A DNA stretch of 64,000 nucleotides from Vicinamibacterales bacterium. Its GTDB lineage: Bacteria; Acidobacteriota; Vicinamibacteria; Vicinamibacterales; CAVVIG01. The DNA is taken from assembly GCA_035693505.1 (NCBI GenBank), contig DASSGK010000574.1, positions 62 to 64,061 of the forward strand, read 5' to 3'. Positions 62,960 through 64,000 of the stretch are shown here, piece by piece. A program made the position numbers and the translations under genes. Positions within the stretch are counted from its first letter, which is position 1, and each line of letters starts with the position of its first letter. The notes below the pieces were generated by a model. That model searched no databases. It had not been told where the DNA came from and saw only the letters and a program-made list of their open reading frames with translations.

Positions 62960-64000
62960 ATGTCCGCGGAATCGCACCAGTCGACCGGCAATGGATCCGT
63001 AACCTTCAGCGAGGTGAGAAATGCCGAACTGAAGGCGATTCAGGCCGCATTCCCCGATGCGGACGAGAACGAGCTCGTCGGGCTCGCCTTCTCGGGCGGG
63101 GGAATTCGCAGTGCGACGTTCGGCCTTGGCGTCCTCGAGGGTCTGAAGAAACTTGGCCTGCTGAACCGAATCCACTATCTCTCGACGGTGTCTGGCGGTG
63201 GCTACATCGGCAGCTGGTTCAGCGCGAACTGCCGCCGCGCCTGCGACCGAGGCGACAGGCGGGACTGGCGATCGTCGGAAGCCGACTGGTCGCGTTCCGT
63301 GCAGTACCTGCGCGACTACTCCAACTACCTGTCACCGGAAGTCGGTTTCTTCAGTGCCGACACCTGGTCGATGTTCACGATCTGGATCCGGAACGCGCTG
63401 CTGGTTCAGGTCACGATCGCACTGGCGGTCGCCTGTGTCCTGCTCGTCCCCAGATTGGCCGTCTGGGTCTTCGGCGTCTGGCCCGACGCCGGGAACTTCC
63501 GCTGGATCAGCGTCTTTCTGTTCATCACCAGCATCGCCGGCATCGCCGGGAACCTTCAGCAGGTGAGCACCGCGAAGCCGAACAGCTGGCGGCGGTGGCT
63601 CCTTCAGAAAGAGCGCGCGTGGGCCGGCCTCGCGCTGAGTATCGCGTGTGGCGCCTCGGCATGGATCATCAGCCGGGCAACGGGATTCGATCCATTCGGC
63701 CCCAGGCCTATCGATCCCTGGATCGCTTTTGTCGTCGCGGGACTCCTCGTGCTGGGCGGCTATTGCATCCTGCCCGTGGCGCTGGCCGTTTTCGACGCGC
63801 TCGTCGAGGGTGACTACACGCAGGTGAATTACGGTCAGACGCACGTGCAGTGGTTCATCGTCCTCCCGCTGCTCGTCTGCTCGTATCTGTTCGGGGCGAT
63901 TCTCTGGGATCTCAGTAACACCGTCCTCTCGACACCGCAAACGTATGGTGCGCTTTTCCTGCGTGCGTGGCGCGACTGGCCCTTCCCGCTGTCGGTCGTG
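62960..64000 (+). CDS. Patatin/cPLA2-like phospholipase N-terminal region fused to a multi-TM domain; 3' end runs off the window
   Basis: Not in the ORF track because no stop is reached. AGGAGG lies 6 nt before ATG 62960. My translation is open for 347 codons. It shows 'GLAFSGGGIRSATFGLGVLEGL' (oxyanion GGGxR), 'YLSTVSGGGYIG' (nucleophile elbow), then at least five hydrophobic helices. Confidence 0.8.
   Translation, partial: MSAESHQSTGNGSVTFSEVRNAELKAIQAAFPDADENELVGLAFSGGGIRSATFGLGVLEGLKKLGLLNRIHYLSTVSGGGYIGSWFSANCRRACDRGDRRDWRSSEADWSRSVQYLRDYSNYLSPEVGFFSADTWSMFTIWIRNALLVQVTIALAVACVLLVPRLAVWVFGVWPDAGNFRWISVFLFITSIAGIAGNLQQVSTAKPNSWRRWLLQKERAWAGLALSIACGASAWIISRATGFDPFGPRPIDPWIAFVVAGLLVLGGYCILPVALAVFDALVEGDYTQVNYGQTHVQWFIVLPLLVCSYLFGAILWDLSNTVLSTPQTYGALFLRAWRDWPFPLSVV

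Noticed and set aside
62849-63175. 108-aa minus-strand ORF
   Set aside because: The opposite strand encodes the patatin-like 'SGGGIRS' and 'VSGGG' motifs with a strong RBS. The minus ORF has no support.
1-64000. Scan for CRISPR arrays, IS elements or transposases, integrases, rRNA, tRNA and prophage blocks
   Set aside because: No regularly spaced direct repeats, no transposase, integrase or recombinase motifs in any supported ORF, and no rRNA- or tRNA-like sequence recognised by eye. A covariance-model scan would be needed to exclude small RNAs.

Overview
High-G+C bacterial chromosomal segment. The gene content suggests an Acidobacteriota-like soil bacterium: a CarboxypepD_reg-type TonB-dependent receptor, a DUF1592/DUF1552 pair, several PQQ dehydrogenases and many exported hydrolases. 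That assignment is inference only. I support about 50 protein-coding genes. I recognised no rRNA, tRNA, CRISPR array, transposase or integrase. All product calls come from motifs read in the supplied translations; no database search was run.

Most long ORFs antisense to these genes look like GC-driven shadow ORFs. Many track ORFs start too far upstream, and I re-placed starts using RBS-like purine tracts, signal peptides and family-typical N-termini.

Main content:
- Two paralogous cassettes of a di-haem cytochrome c followed by a PQQ alcohol dehydrogenase. Each has an ATGA stop/start overlap, a vicinal Cys-Cys pair and a D-x-D motif of the lanthanide-dependent type.
- A third PQQ dehydrogenase of a different type.
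- A SorAB-like sulfite dehydrogenase.
- A TonB receptor with an M20 lipoprotein peptidase.
- A block encoding a thiolase, an SDR and a TetR regulator.
- A stand-alone B12-radical SAM enzyme.
- Assorted hydrolases and transporters.

Most interesting observations:
1. A DedA-rhodanese fusion gene is interrupted by a single in-frame TGA inside the rhodanese active-site loop. The rest of the domain continues in frame with a hairpin just downstream. This is either a selenocysteine candidate or a very recent nonsense mutation.
2. A compositionally atypical (A/T-richer, Lys-rich) orphan gene at 52621..54084 encodes a helical N-domain, a nitrilase-superfamily-like E-K-C arrangement and a proline-rich tail.
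3. A signal-less protein carries a PG-binding-like domain plus an aspzincin-like HExxH domain.
4. A patatin-like phospholipase fused to at least five TM helices runs off the 3' edge of the window and is absent from the ORF track.
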